Source: a virus. Taken from it: 64,000 bases of DNA. This document shows, piece by piece, positions 11,801-21,600 of the stretch. The DNA is taken from positions 50,313-114,312 of IMG/VR virus record IMGVR_UViG_3300021185_003853. One strand, 5' to 3'. The notes below the pieces were generated by a model, which saw only the letters and a list, made by a program, of their open reading frames with translations, made no database searches and was not told where the DNA came from. Both the position numbers and the translations under genes were made by a program. Position 1 is the first letter of the stretch. Each line of letters begins with the position of its first letter.

Positions 11801-14111
11801 GCAAACAAATAGTGTTCAGTCAGAGTTTAATCAACAAGGAAACTTTTCTGTAGCGAGTATAACAGATTCATTCTTGACTGAAACTTTGACTAGCGACACA
11901 TTTAATACGACACAAAATTTAGGTTCATTCGTAACAGATTTTTCAATGACACCCTTCATGAATTCTAAAGTCATTAAAATCGGGGTTTCAGGATTACGAC
12001 CAAACACAAGACATTATTTCTACTTTGATGAGAAACCTGTTTCTGCTCATGTTGCTCCTGGCGGCATTATAGAAAATGGCATTTCACGAAGCATTAAAGC
12101 TTCTGACATCTCTGCAATAGGGTCCAGAGGTGCTGCTGTTAAGTCAGATCAATACGGAAGATTATTTGCAGTATTCCAATTGCCCGGACAAACATTCTTA
12201 GTAGGTGAAGCAGATCTGGTTATCTCAGATGCTGATCAATTCAATAGTATTGAATCAGCAGGAACATCTTCTGCTAAAGAAACTTATCGTGCGTATGGAT
12301 TTACTGTGAACAGAACTGCAATAGGATCAGATGTCAGATCCGTTGACTTCGATATTGAATCAGACACATTCAGCACATCAAGAGAACTTAGAGTTTGGAA
12401 TCCTCCACCAAGAAGAAGAGGCGGAGATCCATTAGCGCAAACTTTCGCAATTCAACCTGCGCAAGCAGAATATGCATCGTACATCTTTACCGATAAACTT
12501 GATTTGTGGTTTAAGAAGAAATCACCTGCTTCACGAAGAAACGGAGTCACTGTCCAATTGCGTGAAGTTGAAAACGGGTATCCTACTGCTAAAATAGTGA
12601 CATTTGGTATGAAACATGTTGACTGGAGTGAAATATCAATATCTGATGATGCATCATCAGCAACTACTGTTGTTTTTGATAATCCAGTCAAACTTGAAGT
12701 CGGGAAAGAATATGCAATTGTTGTTGTTCCTGATGCAACTGATCCTGATTATTTCATATGGACGGCAAAGGTCGGAGAGAATAGCATCAATGACGATAGT
12801 GTTCAGGTTTCATCTGACTGGGGTTCAGGTGTATTGTTTACATCAACAAACAACCAAGCATGGGAATCATATCAAAACGAAGACGTCAAATTTAAGTTGT
12901 ACAAGATTCCGTTTTCCACAAATCCAGGACACATTGATCTTGTTGCTAATGACATGGAATTCATTGACATTAATCCTGATACACGCAACGGCAACTTTAT
13001 TGTTGATGAGTATGCTTATGTGTCATTATCAGGCAATACATTCTCAGGAAACTTAACATCTGAAAGAAAGATTAATGTTCCTAGTAGTTTAAGCGACTTT
13101 TCTATTGTTCAGGGTGACTTGGTCATTGTTGAAAAACAAGGAAGCACGCATGTGTCAACTGTTAAATCTTTGACAACTGTAGCATCAAATCGTGTTATTG
13201 TTCTTTCAGATTTGCCGCCATTTACTGCAGGGCCATTGACAATATCGCTAGGTGTCGGAGGTAAAGTAACATACTTCAACCAAAACAAAGGCAATGCAGT
13301 GCATATCAAAGAAAGTACATCAAGAACTTCTGCGCAATATACAGCGTCAGCAACTGTTACAGGTGCAACGTCTGGGGCAACAGGAGAAATCGTTTCTTTA
13401 TCAAGCGCAAATGTGTCTTATATTCAACCTTTCGTTATGCAACAAAATACATTGCGAACTTCTAGTGAATTGACACTATTTAAAAATACAGCAGCATTTG
13501 ATACTGCAAACTTGTCGCCTGGCCAAGGTGTTCCTTTACACTCAAACCTTTTCTTGACAGGTGAACAAAGATCAATTCCGTCAAAACAATTACTGCTCGC
13601 TGACACTGCAGGTAATCAAATTGATAGGTTTAGATTGAGACTAGATTTATCTAATAATGAATACAAATACGTAACACCTGTTATTGATAATGCACTTGCA
13701 CAACTTCAGGCATACAATTATACGATGTCGAATACTATAGGTAACACATCTAAATATGTTTCTAAGAAAGTTGTGTTGCAAGCGGGATACCCGGGACAGG
13801 GGTTGAAGGTTATTCTGTCCGCATTCCGACCAACAGGTACGAGCGTAGATGTTCAAGCACGATTCTTATATCCGTCTGATCCTGAAAATTATTCCGATTG
13901 GGTTTCATTGACGAATAACAATCCTGATTTATATTCATCATCTGCAAACATAAAAGATTTTCGTGAATTTGATTATTCGTTTACTGAAGCAGCGACTCCT
14001 TTAGAATATGATGCATTTCAAATCAAGATTATTATGAAACACGATGATGCAAACGCAAGCACAGGTCTGTTCCCACTTGTTCATGATTACAGAGCGATAG
14101 CGTTGACATAA
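8826..14111 (+). CDS. Large virion structural protein, VrlC/DUF4815-like
   Basis: N-terminal NLNTAPYNDDFD..K...VLFKPARAVQAREMTQLQSILQNQIERFG, plus APGADRLK, NRFKNGILVDQF, DPLAQTF and C-terminal DYRAIAL. Typical of marine T4-like phages after gp8. Confidence 0.85.
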   Translation: MGINTNLNTAPYNDDFDADKQYIRVLFKPARAVQAREMTQLQSILQNQIERFGNNIYQEGTIIEGVNPTVDKNVNFVKINDQSGIDDLTIYASTDDVSYFIEGLSSGLTARIVAGANGFQSDAPDLKTFFVKYLQSVANQAGTDVKQFISGELLSVTREEDGVTTAVATVTANDGTDHVGESLAVQVTDGVIYQHGHFNYVAPQLIIASKYDIIPADISVGFNINESIVDSALDNTLLDNAQGFNNFNAPGADRLKLEPKLAVYDTATRPESFFALLRIEKGQTVFVRGDTQFNSIKKELAKRTQDESGSYVVSGLPITTEKDSDGKFQAVIGAGRAYAFGFEINNIGKTRLEIEPSATTSTKSLQSTGVEYGGYLTVDVSSAGTDVESFNFSDRYKLCNSAQQDIGTCSIRNIEPVGNDKLRIYVYAVQKNENEQTTDIAFIYKNATTKTAVLSGNIVDANKGLAIFDTGRQGMKSVSSVVYTERQRKYYPIPVSSSSPILIPVEVNGQVTTSPITQGGAFAIDISGEYVGATIVESVASPNTGISITFPAGKTLQYIYYNANISGVTQDTLTAIDVWVTTSHSAINNFASLGLPNAVVLNQVKDSEGKDVTSKFALQRNQNDAYYGLSYLTLKSGETLGAATATISANFTVLQRTVNGGYITPNSYSNITDVSEKLTSYTGRNGKTYNLLNSFDFRPYADTTVQYLTEEAGAASVNISSLQLDTLGSAIPVSSNSTILATQEYYLGRIDKLAIDKTQQFVIVKGQPADNPGKVVNDSVFGIADIFVPGVNMSVSKANPIRVERNTIKNYTMKDIESIEKRVDRVFDVLSLSLLESQTKDMFIPDASGNNRFKNGILVDQFKDLRVADITDGDFKASIESVQKYLAPAVTQFPIDLKVDSATSSNVVSYDDVTTLSSSSRETLLSQEYATSFRNCASNFYNYNGTVLMEPKFDAGYDVIENPAVTIDIDLAGAVLSAVDTIQQFVPLTSTTQTNSVQSEFNQQGNFSVASITDSFLTETLTSDTFNTTQNLGSFVTDFSMTPFMNSKVIKIGVSGLRPNTRHYFYFDEKPVSAHVAPGGIIENGISRSIKASDISAIGSRGAAVKSDQYGRLFAVFQLPGQTFLVGEADLVISDADQFNSIESAGTSSAKETYRAYGFTVNRTAIGSDVRSVDFDIESDTFSTSRELRVWNPPPRRRGGDPLAQTFAIQPAQAEYASYIFTDKLDLWFKKKSPASRRNGVTVQLREVENGYPTAKIVTFGMKHVDWSEISISDDASSATTVVFDNPVKLEVGKEYAIVVVPDATDPDYFIWTAKVGENSINDDSVQVSSDWGSGVLFTSTNNQAWESYQNEDVKFKLYKIPFSTNPGHIDLVANDMEFIDINPDTRNGNFIVDEYAYVSLSGNTFSGNLTSERKINVPSSLSDFSIVQGDLVIVEKQGSTHVSTVKSLTTVASNRVIVLSDLPPFTAGPLTISLGVGGKVTYFNQNKGNAVHIKESTSRTSAQYTASATVTGATSGATGEIVSLSSANVSYIQPFVMQQNTLRTSSELTLFKNTAAFDTANLSPGQGVPLHSNLFLTGEQRSIPSKQLLLADTAGNQIDRFRLRLDLSNNEYKYVTPVIDNALAQLQAYNYTMSNTIGNTSKYVSKKVVLQAGYPGQGLKVILSAFRPTGTSVDVQARFLYPSDPENYSDWVSLTNNNPDLYSSSANIKDFREFDYSFTEAATPLEYDAFQIKIIMKHDDANASTGLFPLVHDYRAIALT

Positions 14112-14308
14112 TGAATACTGCAAATACGTTTACACGAGCAGAAACGTCAGCGTTAGTTAATACAGACGATGCTGCATACAGGGCAGCAAAGTTGAGATCA
14201 AAAAAAGAAAACGAATATCAACAACTGATTCAAAAAGTTGAAAAACTAGAAACATGTGTTGAAAATTTAAAACTTAGAATAGAAGAGATAGAAAGCAATG
14301 GCGATTAG
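14111..14308 (+). CDS. Small coiled-coil hypothetical protein
   Basis: 65 aa; TAATG coupling to the previous gene; ALVNTD..AY followed by heptads. Confidence 0.7.
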   Translation: MNTANTFTRAETSALVNTDDAAYRAAKLRSKKENEYQQLIQKVEKLETCVENLKLRIEEIESNGD

Positions 14309-15758
14309 TTATACAGCATTACAAACTACTGATACATTCCAGGAATGGTTTGATAAGACTAATGAGATCGGCGATAATTTATCTGACAATGCAGTTTGTT
14401 ATGGCGGCGCATCAGGTGATAATCGTGGTTCTGGCGGCGTTCTTATTGAAGGTCCTTTGGTCACTGAAAATACAACTGTAGGTGTTCAAACAAATATCCT
14501 TACGCCGAACACAGGCACTACAATTAAACTCGATGCCAATACAGTTGAGTTCTCTGAACAGCAAATGATATTTACTCCTGCCGAAGGTAAAAACGACACG
14601 ATACAATTCGTGAAAGGCACGACCGCTTCAGCGAATAATAAGATATGGAAAATAGGTCCTGTTGATAATCACACTGACCTAGACATTGTTGGTCGAAACG
14701 CAGACAATAATAGTGCTGATGCAATCTTTACAATTAGAAGGTCGGATGGCGAAACACTCGGTTTGATAACAGGAACTGACATTAAACTCGATACTGAATT
14801 GTTAAAAGATGATGTCGCTGCTAATACAGCCAATCAATGGGCAACAACTCGCCAAATTTCAATATCAGGTATGGTAACAGGCACTGCAGTAGATATTGAT
14901 GGAACAGGTAACATTGAAATCGCTAACACAACTGTTGACTTCAGTACTGTAGAATCTGGTGTCCAAGTGTTGACGATTGGTGATGGATTGGTAACATTTA
15001 CTCCGGTCGGAGGAAGCGCCAGCACTGCGGCAGATCCTAATATCAAACACTATGTACCTAATCCTGTCGCAACGACCACATCAAACTCTGCTGGCACCTT
15101 GATTGAAGATTTACAATTTGATGAGTTTGGTCACGTTGAATCTGTGACAACCCTTGATGCAGATAGTCGATATCTATTGCGGAATCCTACCGCAGATGCA
15201 AATAGATCGAAACTTGACGGTTCCGGGTTTGTTGTTGAATCTGCAACAAAAATATCTTTCCAAAAAGGAAATGAAACAGCAAATACTAACGCCGAAGGGT
15301 TTCTGCAATCCTCAGGCAATGATGATTTTATCGTCAGTTCAGGCGGCATGGACAATTTTAAGATACGGTCGGACAATAAAGTTTTCATCCAGAATAGGAC
15401 GGGCACTAGCAAATTTGAATTTCAAACGAGTAACGGCAACTTTATTGCGAGCGGTGATATTACAGCATTCGGTAGCGCATCCGATAAATCGTTAAAAGAA
15501 AATATTGAACCTATTGAAAATGCTCTTGAAAAGGTTGATGCGATTAACGGTTACACATTTAATTATATTGATGCGCCAGAAAAAGGAAGGGTGCCTGGTG
15601 TGATCGCTCAAGAATTAGAGCAAGTTTTACCTGAAGCAGTGTATGAAACTGAAGATGGGAAAAAAGCAGTTCGATATGATAACACTGTTGCATTACTCAT
15701 TGAAGCGATTAAAGAACTAAAACAACAGGTCGAAGATCTGAAATCAACTAAAGGATAG
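14298..15758 (+). CDS. Tail fibre protein with C-terminal intramolecular chaperone (peptidase S74)
   Basis: N-terminal TDTFQEWFDKTNEI anchor. C-terminal GDITAFGSA-SDKSLKENI...GYTFNY...GVIAQELEQVLPEAV...LLIEAIKEL. Confidence 0.9.
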   Translation: MAISYTALQTTDTFQEWFDKTNEIGDNLSDNAVCYGGASGDNRGSGGVLIEGPLVTENTTVGVQTNILTPNTGTTIKLDANTVEFSEQQMIFTPAEGKNDTIQFVKGTTASANNKIWKIGPVDNHTDLDIVGRNADNNSADAIFTIRRSDGETLGLITGTDIKLDTELLKDDVAANTANQWATTRQISISGMVTGTAVDIDGTGNIEIANTTVDFSTVESGVQVLTIGDGLVTFTPVGGSASTAADPNIKHYVPNPVATTTSNSAGTLIEDLQFDEFGHVESVTTLDADSRYLLRNPTADANRSKLDGSGFVVESATKISFQKGNETANTNAEGFLQSSGNDDFIVSSGGMDNFKIRSDNKVFIQNRTGTSKFEFQTSNGNFIASGDITAFGSASDKSLKENIEPIENALEKVDAINGYTFNYIDAPEKGRVPGVIAQELEQVLPEAVYETEDGKKAVRYDNTVALLIEAIKELKQQVEDLKSTKG

Positions 15759-15768
15759 AATCGCTCAC

Positions 15769-17904
15769 ATGCCTATTAAGCCATATGTAGATGCAGATGA
15801 TGTTTTAGCAACCTTTGATCCCGCATCGTCTTTAAAAATGTCTGAAATAAAGGCAGAATTTACGGGCGATAGTACTCCTTCTTTAGGTGAGTATTTTCGT
15901 GAAGGTGATAATGTAAGGTCGCATGATTTTCTTCACACATATAAAGGTGCATATTATTTAGGTTTTTATGCTGTAATAAATTCCGGCAATAGCGCCAAAA
16001 TGGATATTAAGTATCATATACCAGGTGTTACCGCTGCAGGAGCAATAACAACACTATCTGCACAAAGTGTACAACCTGGCGGCACATTGACGTATGGTGA
16101 CAATTCACAATATCAGTTTAAAATTAGTACCGAATTTATGGATGGGTCATCTACTAGGTATGGCATTAAACTTAGAATTGTTAAAAATATTGCTATTCCT
16201 ACTAAAGCATCAGGTAAACCTGTACCAATCTCATTCAGTGATTTTTATGGAACAGAAAAAGCAACCGCCGTCCCATTAGACGCACAGAAATTAACAATCA
16301 CTGTGCCGGTTAATTTTGGACATGCTTATGACGGATATAATTTAAAAGACGAGCTTGAACGATACAGCGCATGGGATGATCCCAATGTGATTGTGAGTGA
16401 AGTTGTTTTGAATATAGATAGCGGAACTGTATTGGGATCAACAAACACTTCTGTCGCAGGCCTTACTATTGCAAATTTGCCTGACCAATTAAAGGTTACA
16501 GTTAATCTTAATGTAGGCGCCATTATTTACGGATGCGGCGGAGACGGAGGTGATGTTCCGGTAAATAATCCGATGTTTGATGCTGCTGCGAAAGAACTAG
16601 CTAAAGGTAAACCTGGCGGGCCCGCAGTAAAAATAGATCATCCTGTAGGTAAAGTTTATTTTAATATGGAAGATAGAACTGCGTTTAACAAAAATTCATA
16701 TTCAATACTTGGCGGTGGCGGTGGCGGCGCTGCGGGATATACTACTGACTCAAATGGCACGGCATATGGAAGCGGCGGTGGTGGCGGCGCAGGCGGCGGC
16801 AAAGGTGGCAATTGTCGATCCGGTGGGAGTGTAGTTCAAATGACTGATGCTGGGCATCGTTCTGATTTTCAGGAATGGAAAGGTCTGCCCGGAATCTCTT
16901 CTAGACGCAACACAAATCCTGATGATGCATTCTATGTAGAACCCAAAGAATCAATTTGTGGCGGCGCCGGAGGAAGTGTTGTAAGAAACCTTAAAAGAAA
17001 TGGCAAGATTGATTGGTATTACAAAGATAACTTGTCTACCACTAACGGACAAACTGTAGAGCAAGTTTTGCGAGCATTTCACGGAGGGCAGGCAGACAAC
17101 AGTAAAGTGGGCGCAGGAAATAATATTGATGTTCCTATTCCAAATCTCGCTGGTAGTGCTTTCGTAAGACATAATTATTCAGGTAAGCATACAAGAGTTT
17201 TTGTCATTGTGGACGGGCGCATTAAATATGCAGATGTTGGCAGCAGAAACAACTGGGTCTATACTGCCAACAATGGTTACGGGCTGCAACTGTATGCTCA
17301 AGCCATAGGTACCCATATATCTCACAGCAACGGGCAATTTTCGCATAAATGGATGGAATATAGATTGAATAGAAAAAATGTACCGATAAGCCCAACATCA
17401 TATACAACAAACTTTACTGTAAGCACAGGGGCGAATGGTGGAGTGATTCCTGCGTACAATTCTCCTGTCGGGACCGGCATAGGAAGGAATCATTGGTCTG
17501 GAACAACTGTTGTAGAAGAAGCTATCGATATCTCAAATATTGATTTATCCGATATTAATTTTGGTGGGCCAGGGTCGGGAAGGCCTTTATTTGACCTCAA
17601 TCACATATCTGATGAAAACTTAAAGCAAAATATTAACAATGTTAGTGGTGCTCTAGATAAAGTTTGTAGCTTGGATGGTGTCACATTTAATTATAAACAT
17701 GACGATAAGGAATCTGCTGGTGTGATTGCTCAACAGGTGGAGAAAGTATTGCCTTCAGCTGTGTTAATTAACAATACTAGTGATGAGGAATATAAAACAG
17801 TAGAATATCATCAGTTATCAGCATTATTCATTGAATCAATTAAAGAACTCAAAACACAAAACGAGGAATTAAGATTGATGATTAAGGATTTAAAGGAGAA
17901 ATAA
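15769..17904 (+). CDS. Glycine-rich gp38-like adhesin (N-terminal part) fused to an S74 chaperone domain
   Basis: SEIKAEF...SLGEYF...ISFSDFYG N-terminal domain; IYGCGGDGG, GGPAV and GGGGGGA motifs; C-terminal SDENLKQNI...GVIAQQVEKVLP. Confidence 0.75.
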   Translation: MPIKPYVDADDVLATFDPASSLKMSEIKAEFTGDSTPSLGEYFREGDNVRSHDFLHTYKGAYYLGFYAVINSGNSAKMDIKYHIPGVTAAGAITTLSAQSVQPGGTLTYGDNSQYQFKISTEFMDGSSTRYGIKLRIVKNIAIPTKASGKPVPISFSDFYGTEKATAVPLDAQKLTITVPVNFGHAYDGYNLKDELERYSAWDDPNVIVSEVVLNIDSGTVLGSTNTSVAGLTIANLPDQLKVTVNLNVGAIIYGCGGDGGDVPVNNPMFDAAAKELAKGKPGGPAVKIDHPVGKVYFNMEDRTAFNKNSYSILGGGGGGAAGYTTDSNGTAYGSGGGGGAGGGKGGNCRSGGSVVQMTDAGHRSDFQEWKGLPGISSRRNTNPDDAFYVEPKESICGGAGGSVVRNLKRNGKIDWYYKDNLSTTNGQTVEQVLRAFHGGQADNSKVGAGNNIDVPIPNLAGSAFVRHNYSGKHTRVFVIVDGRIKYADVGSRNNWVYTANNGYGLQLYAQAIGTHISHSNGQFSHKWMEYRLNRKNVPISPTSYTTNFTVSTGANGGVIPAYNSPVGTGIGRNHWSGTTVVEEAIDISNIDLSDINFGGPGSGRPLFDLNHISDENLKQNINNVSGALDKVCSLDGVTFNYKHDDKESAGVIAQQVEKVLPSAVLINNTSDEEYKTVEYHQLSALFIESIKELKTQNEELRLMIKDLKEK

Positions 17905-18564
17905 ATGGGATCACATACTCCAGGCTCGAGTTGGAGCACTGGCAGCGGCGGTGGTAGCACCACTGACTTTGACGGCCTTGGTTCGCTTGACCTCGCTCTA
18001 GTTTCTTTCAATACCTCTACAGAATTTTATCCAGATTATCCTAGTTATGTCCCTGAAAAGGGCGACAGAGATGTTCATGCAGGAGGGTATGGCGGATCGT
18101 TCTTAAATAACACAGCACCCGTAGTTGATATGCTTGGTACGGGGCAAATATCATCTTGGTATGGCGGCACAGCTGGTGATCCTGATCCTCATGAACAAAA
18201 CGGATCAGGAAACCCCAATCCGACTTCATCAAATAGTTTAGCGGGTTTAAACACAAAAACGAGAATAAAGTACGTTGATAATGCTCTCGGAGGCGCAGGC
18301 GGCGGCGGCGGGGGATACGGCTTTACAGGCGGCAAAACATTTGTTCATGTTAATGGCGTAGAACAAGGTCGATCGATAGTGACTACCGCCCCTGAACTAA
18401 TATCTGGAGGCTCAGCAGGAGCAGCCTTTGCTGTCAACGATGCAGGACACTTGGATGCCGAATATTCAAACGTAGCTGCAATCAACAAAAGTTCATTCGG
18501 CAGAATCGAAGGTCCTTTAACAGACCTTACCGGAAGTATTATCAACCTTCGAATAGGATCTTGA
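17905..18564 (+). CDS. Glycine-rich protein resembling the C-terminal part of a gp38-like adhesin
   Basis: AAGGAG RBS; GGYGG, GGAGGGGGGYG and GGSAGAA...GRIEG motifs. Confidence 0.65.
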   Translation: MGSHTPGSSWSTGSGGGSTTDFDGLGSLDLALVSFNTSTEFYPDYPSYVPEKGDRDVHAGGYGGSFLNNTAPVVDMLGTGQISSWYGGTAGDPDPHEQNGSGNPNPTSSNSLAGLNTKTRIKYVDNALGGAGGGGGGYGFTGGKTFVHVNGVEQGRSIVTTAPELISGGSAGAAFAVNDAGHLDAEYSNVAAINKSSFGRIEGPLTDLTGSIINLRIGS

Positions 18565-18600
18565 TGCAAGGTTGTATCGAAACACGCTTGTAGGCGTATA

Positions 18601-18608
18601 TATAAATA
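18601..18608 (+). promoter_or_regulatory. T4-type late promoter TATAAATA
   Basis: Exact consensus in the intergenic region. Confidence 0.85.
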
Positions 18609-18640
18609 AACATTATACTTAAAAGGAAAGGCACAACCAG

Positions 18641-21600
18641 ATGGCAATAAAATTTAGTCAACTACCAGCAACCACAACGCTTGCGAACAATGATTTGTTT
18701 GCCGTAACATCGACAAGTGAAAATACTTCAGTAAGTATTTCGTTCGCTAGCCTTAAAAATATAATGGTTGACGCTTCAACATTCACGGATAATGTGAATG
18801 ATGTCGTGAGTGCATTGAACTCATATACGGCCGCAGGAACATCACCCGCATTAAACGCAGGAACACTTGGCGGATTTGATAGTGCGCATCATTTAAATTG
18901 GGATAACCTAACAGGTGTTCCGACTGTTCTGTCTAACATGAAAAATGTGCCATTAGATTTACATGATTTTGATAATAGTAAAGACGGCGGCGGGTTTATT
19001 AAAATTGTTTCTGATGGAATTACAACTTCATTAGCATTTGATCTTGTCGATCAAGGTGTGACACAATCCACGACTGCTGTTACAACCGATTATGTGTCTG
19101 AAGGCACTCAAAATTTATACTACACCGATGATAGAGTAGAAGAATATTTTGATTCTAATTTTGCCACGTTTTTCAACAGCTATAGTACAACATTCGATCA
19201 AGGTGAAGTGACTGATAGTTATTATGATACTGTAGGATTCGCACCTTCAGGTACCCTTAGTGCAACGGGCTTGGGCAGAGTTATCAGGATTAGAAGCCAA
19301 GGACAGATTCCAGGCATGTCTGCTGATTATGTAAAAAGAGATCAGTCAGGCAGATTTGCGTCTTATCAACCAAATAAAGTCGTTCGATTATACGGCGCAG
19401 ATTTGCCATCAAGAGAAGACCTAACAAATCAATTAAACGTGACTGGTGAAACAGTCGGGTTTACAGCTGTGAGTGATGGCAATGCAGGCATTACTCCTGC
19501 GTTTGACTCTGCTAATGTTGATGTTGCCACTAATACGATCACATTTACCAGTCCTCATGGTCTTGTGACAGGCAATGATATTGTCTATAATTCTGGTCAA
19601 GGTACTGCTTTAGGTAATCTGACAAGCGGCGCAGCGTATTATGTTATTAAAATTAGTGAAACCGTTATTCAATTGGCTGATAGTTATGCAAATTCTGGCG
19701 CAGCTGGCGGCAGTGCAACGCCACGAACAATCACTACTCAAGGTACAGGAACAACTCATACAATAACCCCTATTGTTGTAAATAATCCATATCAAAGATT
19801 TACATATAGAGTGTGTGAATTTGATATGAACACTGGGCAAGTTGCGCCTGCAGCAACACCTGTTTCTATTAACGTAAGTGTTCCTGCAACAACTGATCCC
19901 GCAAATGTCACAACATTCTTGCAAGAAGATCGTGATGCGCTATTGAAATCCTTTAGCGTTGAAAATTTTGTAAAATTAAATTTTACTCACGTTATTGAGC
20001 TTGCAGTTGCTGACGGCGTATCTCCTAATCGAGGACTTGCTGTTTATAGGTCAATAGCACAAGTAAATACTGTTGATTCAACTTTGCAAGGTGTGAGTAA
20101 ACTTGTTGCTGTTTTAGGTCCTAAAGATTTAGTTAACGATTCATGGATCGATTATTACACTGATGATATTTTAGATTATTCACTTAAAGATCAAGACGAT
20201 AATTCATATATTCCTGAAAATACTGTACACTTTAAACCATTTAGTGAAGGCGCTGATTCCGAACGAGGTTGGGTAGACGCAACAATTGAAAGTGTACAAT
20301 TCGAAGATGAAATTAATGAATCGTTAAGTACCTTCATTGATGTTACGCTGAAATCAAGCGTTAAAATGAACTCAGGTGAAGTTAACGGTGTTTGGATCTC
20401 ACATAATGATACAAATGCAATCCAGACAGGCATTCTAAACAATGCAGGTCGTGGGCAAAAAGCAGTTAGGTTAAATCCTAAAAATTATGTCGTCTCGGGA
20501 ATAACTGTTCCTGCAAACTTCAGTGTCGAAGGATTTTCATATAATACAAAATTAACCAAGTTGCCTTGGTCAGGGTGGAACGGATCAACAACCGCATCCT
20601 CATCAAAAATAATTACTGTTCAAAGCGAGACGGTCGGCACACGAACAGTTACAAATTCAAGTTTTGTAGGATTTGATATTGACGGCAATGCTGTAAACTC
20701 AATAGCGTTCGATGACACAACATTTAAAGGCAAAAACTCTGCGATTGATTGTGGGCAAGGGTCTACTGGCGTATTGCTTGACAAAATCAGAATGACCAGT
20801 CCTATCGGCGGCGGAATTTATGCACCAGATTCAAAAAACCTTAAAGTTGTTTCATCAGAAATGGTAAATAGTGGTGTCACGGATAGACATGTTTTCTCGC
20901 CACTTGTCGCTGACGGCGGAGAAAATACATCAATTTCATCTAATAGATTTGAAAACTTCTCAGATAGTTTAGATGCATCTGTAACAAACAAGGGGGTTAT
21001 TGAAGGCAATATTATTTCAAATTGTGGTTCAGGTTTACTGATGTATGGGTCAAGATTTATGATCACAAGTCCTAACGTATTGACAGGACCTGCAGGTGAA
21101 TTCTTGCCACAACCTGATAGTTATAATTCAGAGTTTGATTCAATTAATATTGATCTCACATCTGCATCTATTGGTATTCCTATTACTGATTTCAATTCAG
21201 GTCCGTTTAAATATCAAGAAAACGGTGAAGTGTATGATCTTAGTACATCACCCCCTACATATAAAATATTTGCTATTAAGAAATCATCTCTCGGGGAAGA
21301 GTCAATTTGGATTGAAGATTTGCGACCACCAGAAAGTGATGCTGCAGACAAACAAACAATCGTAAATGTTTTCAATGCTGGCGCTGGTGGTGCAGCTATT
21401 AATACTGGAAGTGACACGATACCTTTACCAGATCACGATTTAGTTACGGGCGATCCTGTTGTCTATAATGAAAATGACGGAACGTACACATCATTAACAG
21501 ACGGTACAACGTATTTCGTTAATGTTGTAGGGACTGGTAATGATATGATTAAATTGTACGACACTCAAGTAAATGCGCTTGCTGGCGGTAGTGGCGGCCG

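Noticed and set aside
18565-18592. Imperfect hairpin TGCAAG...CTTGTA before the late promoter
   Set aside because: Weak mismatched stem with no U-tract; not supportable as a terminator or ncRNA.
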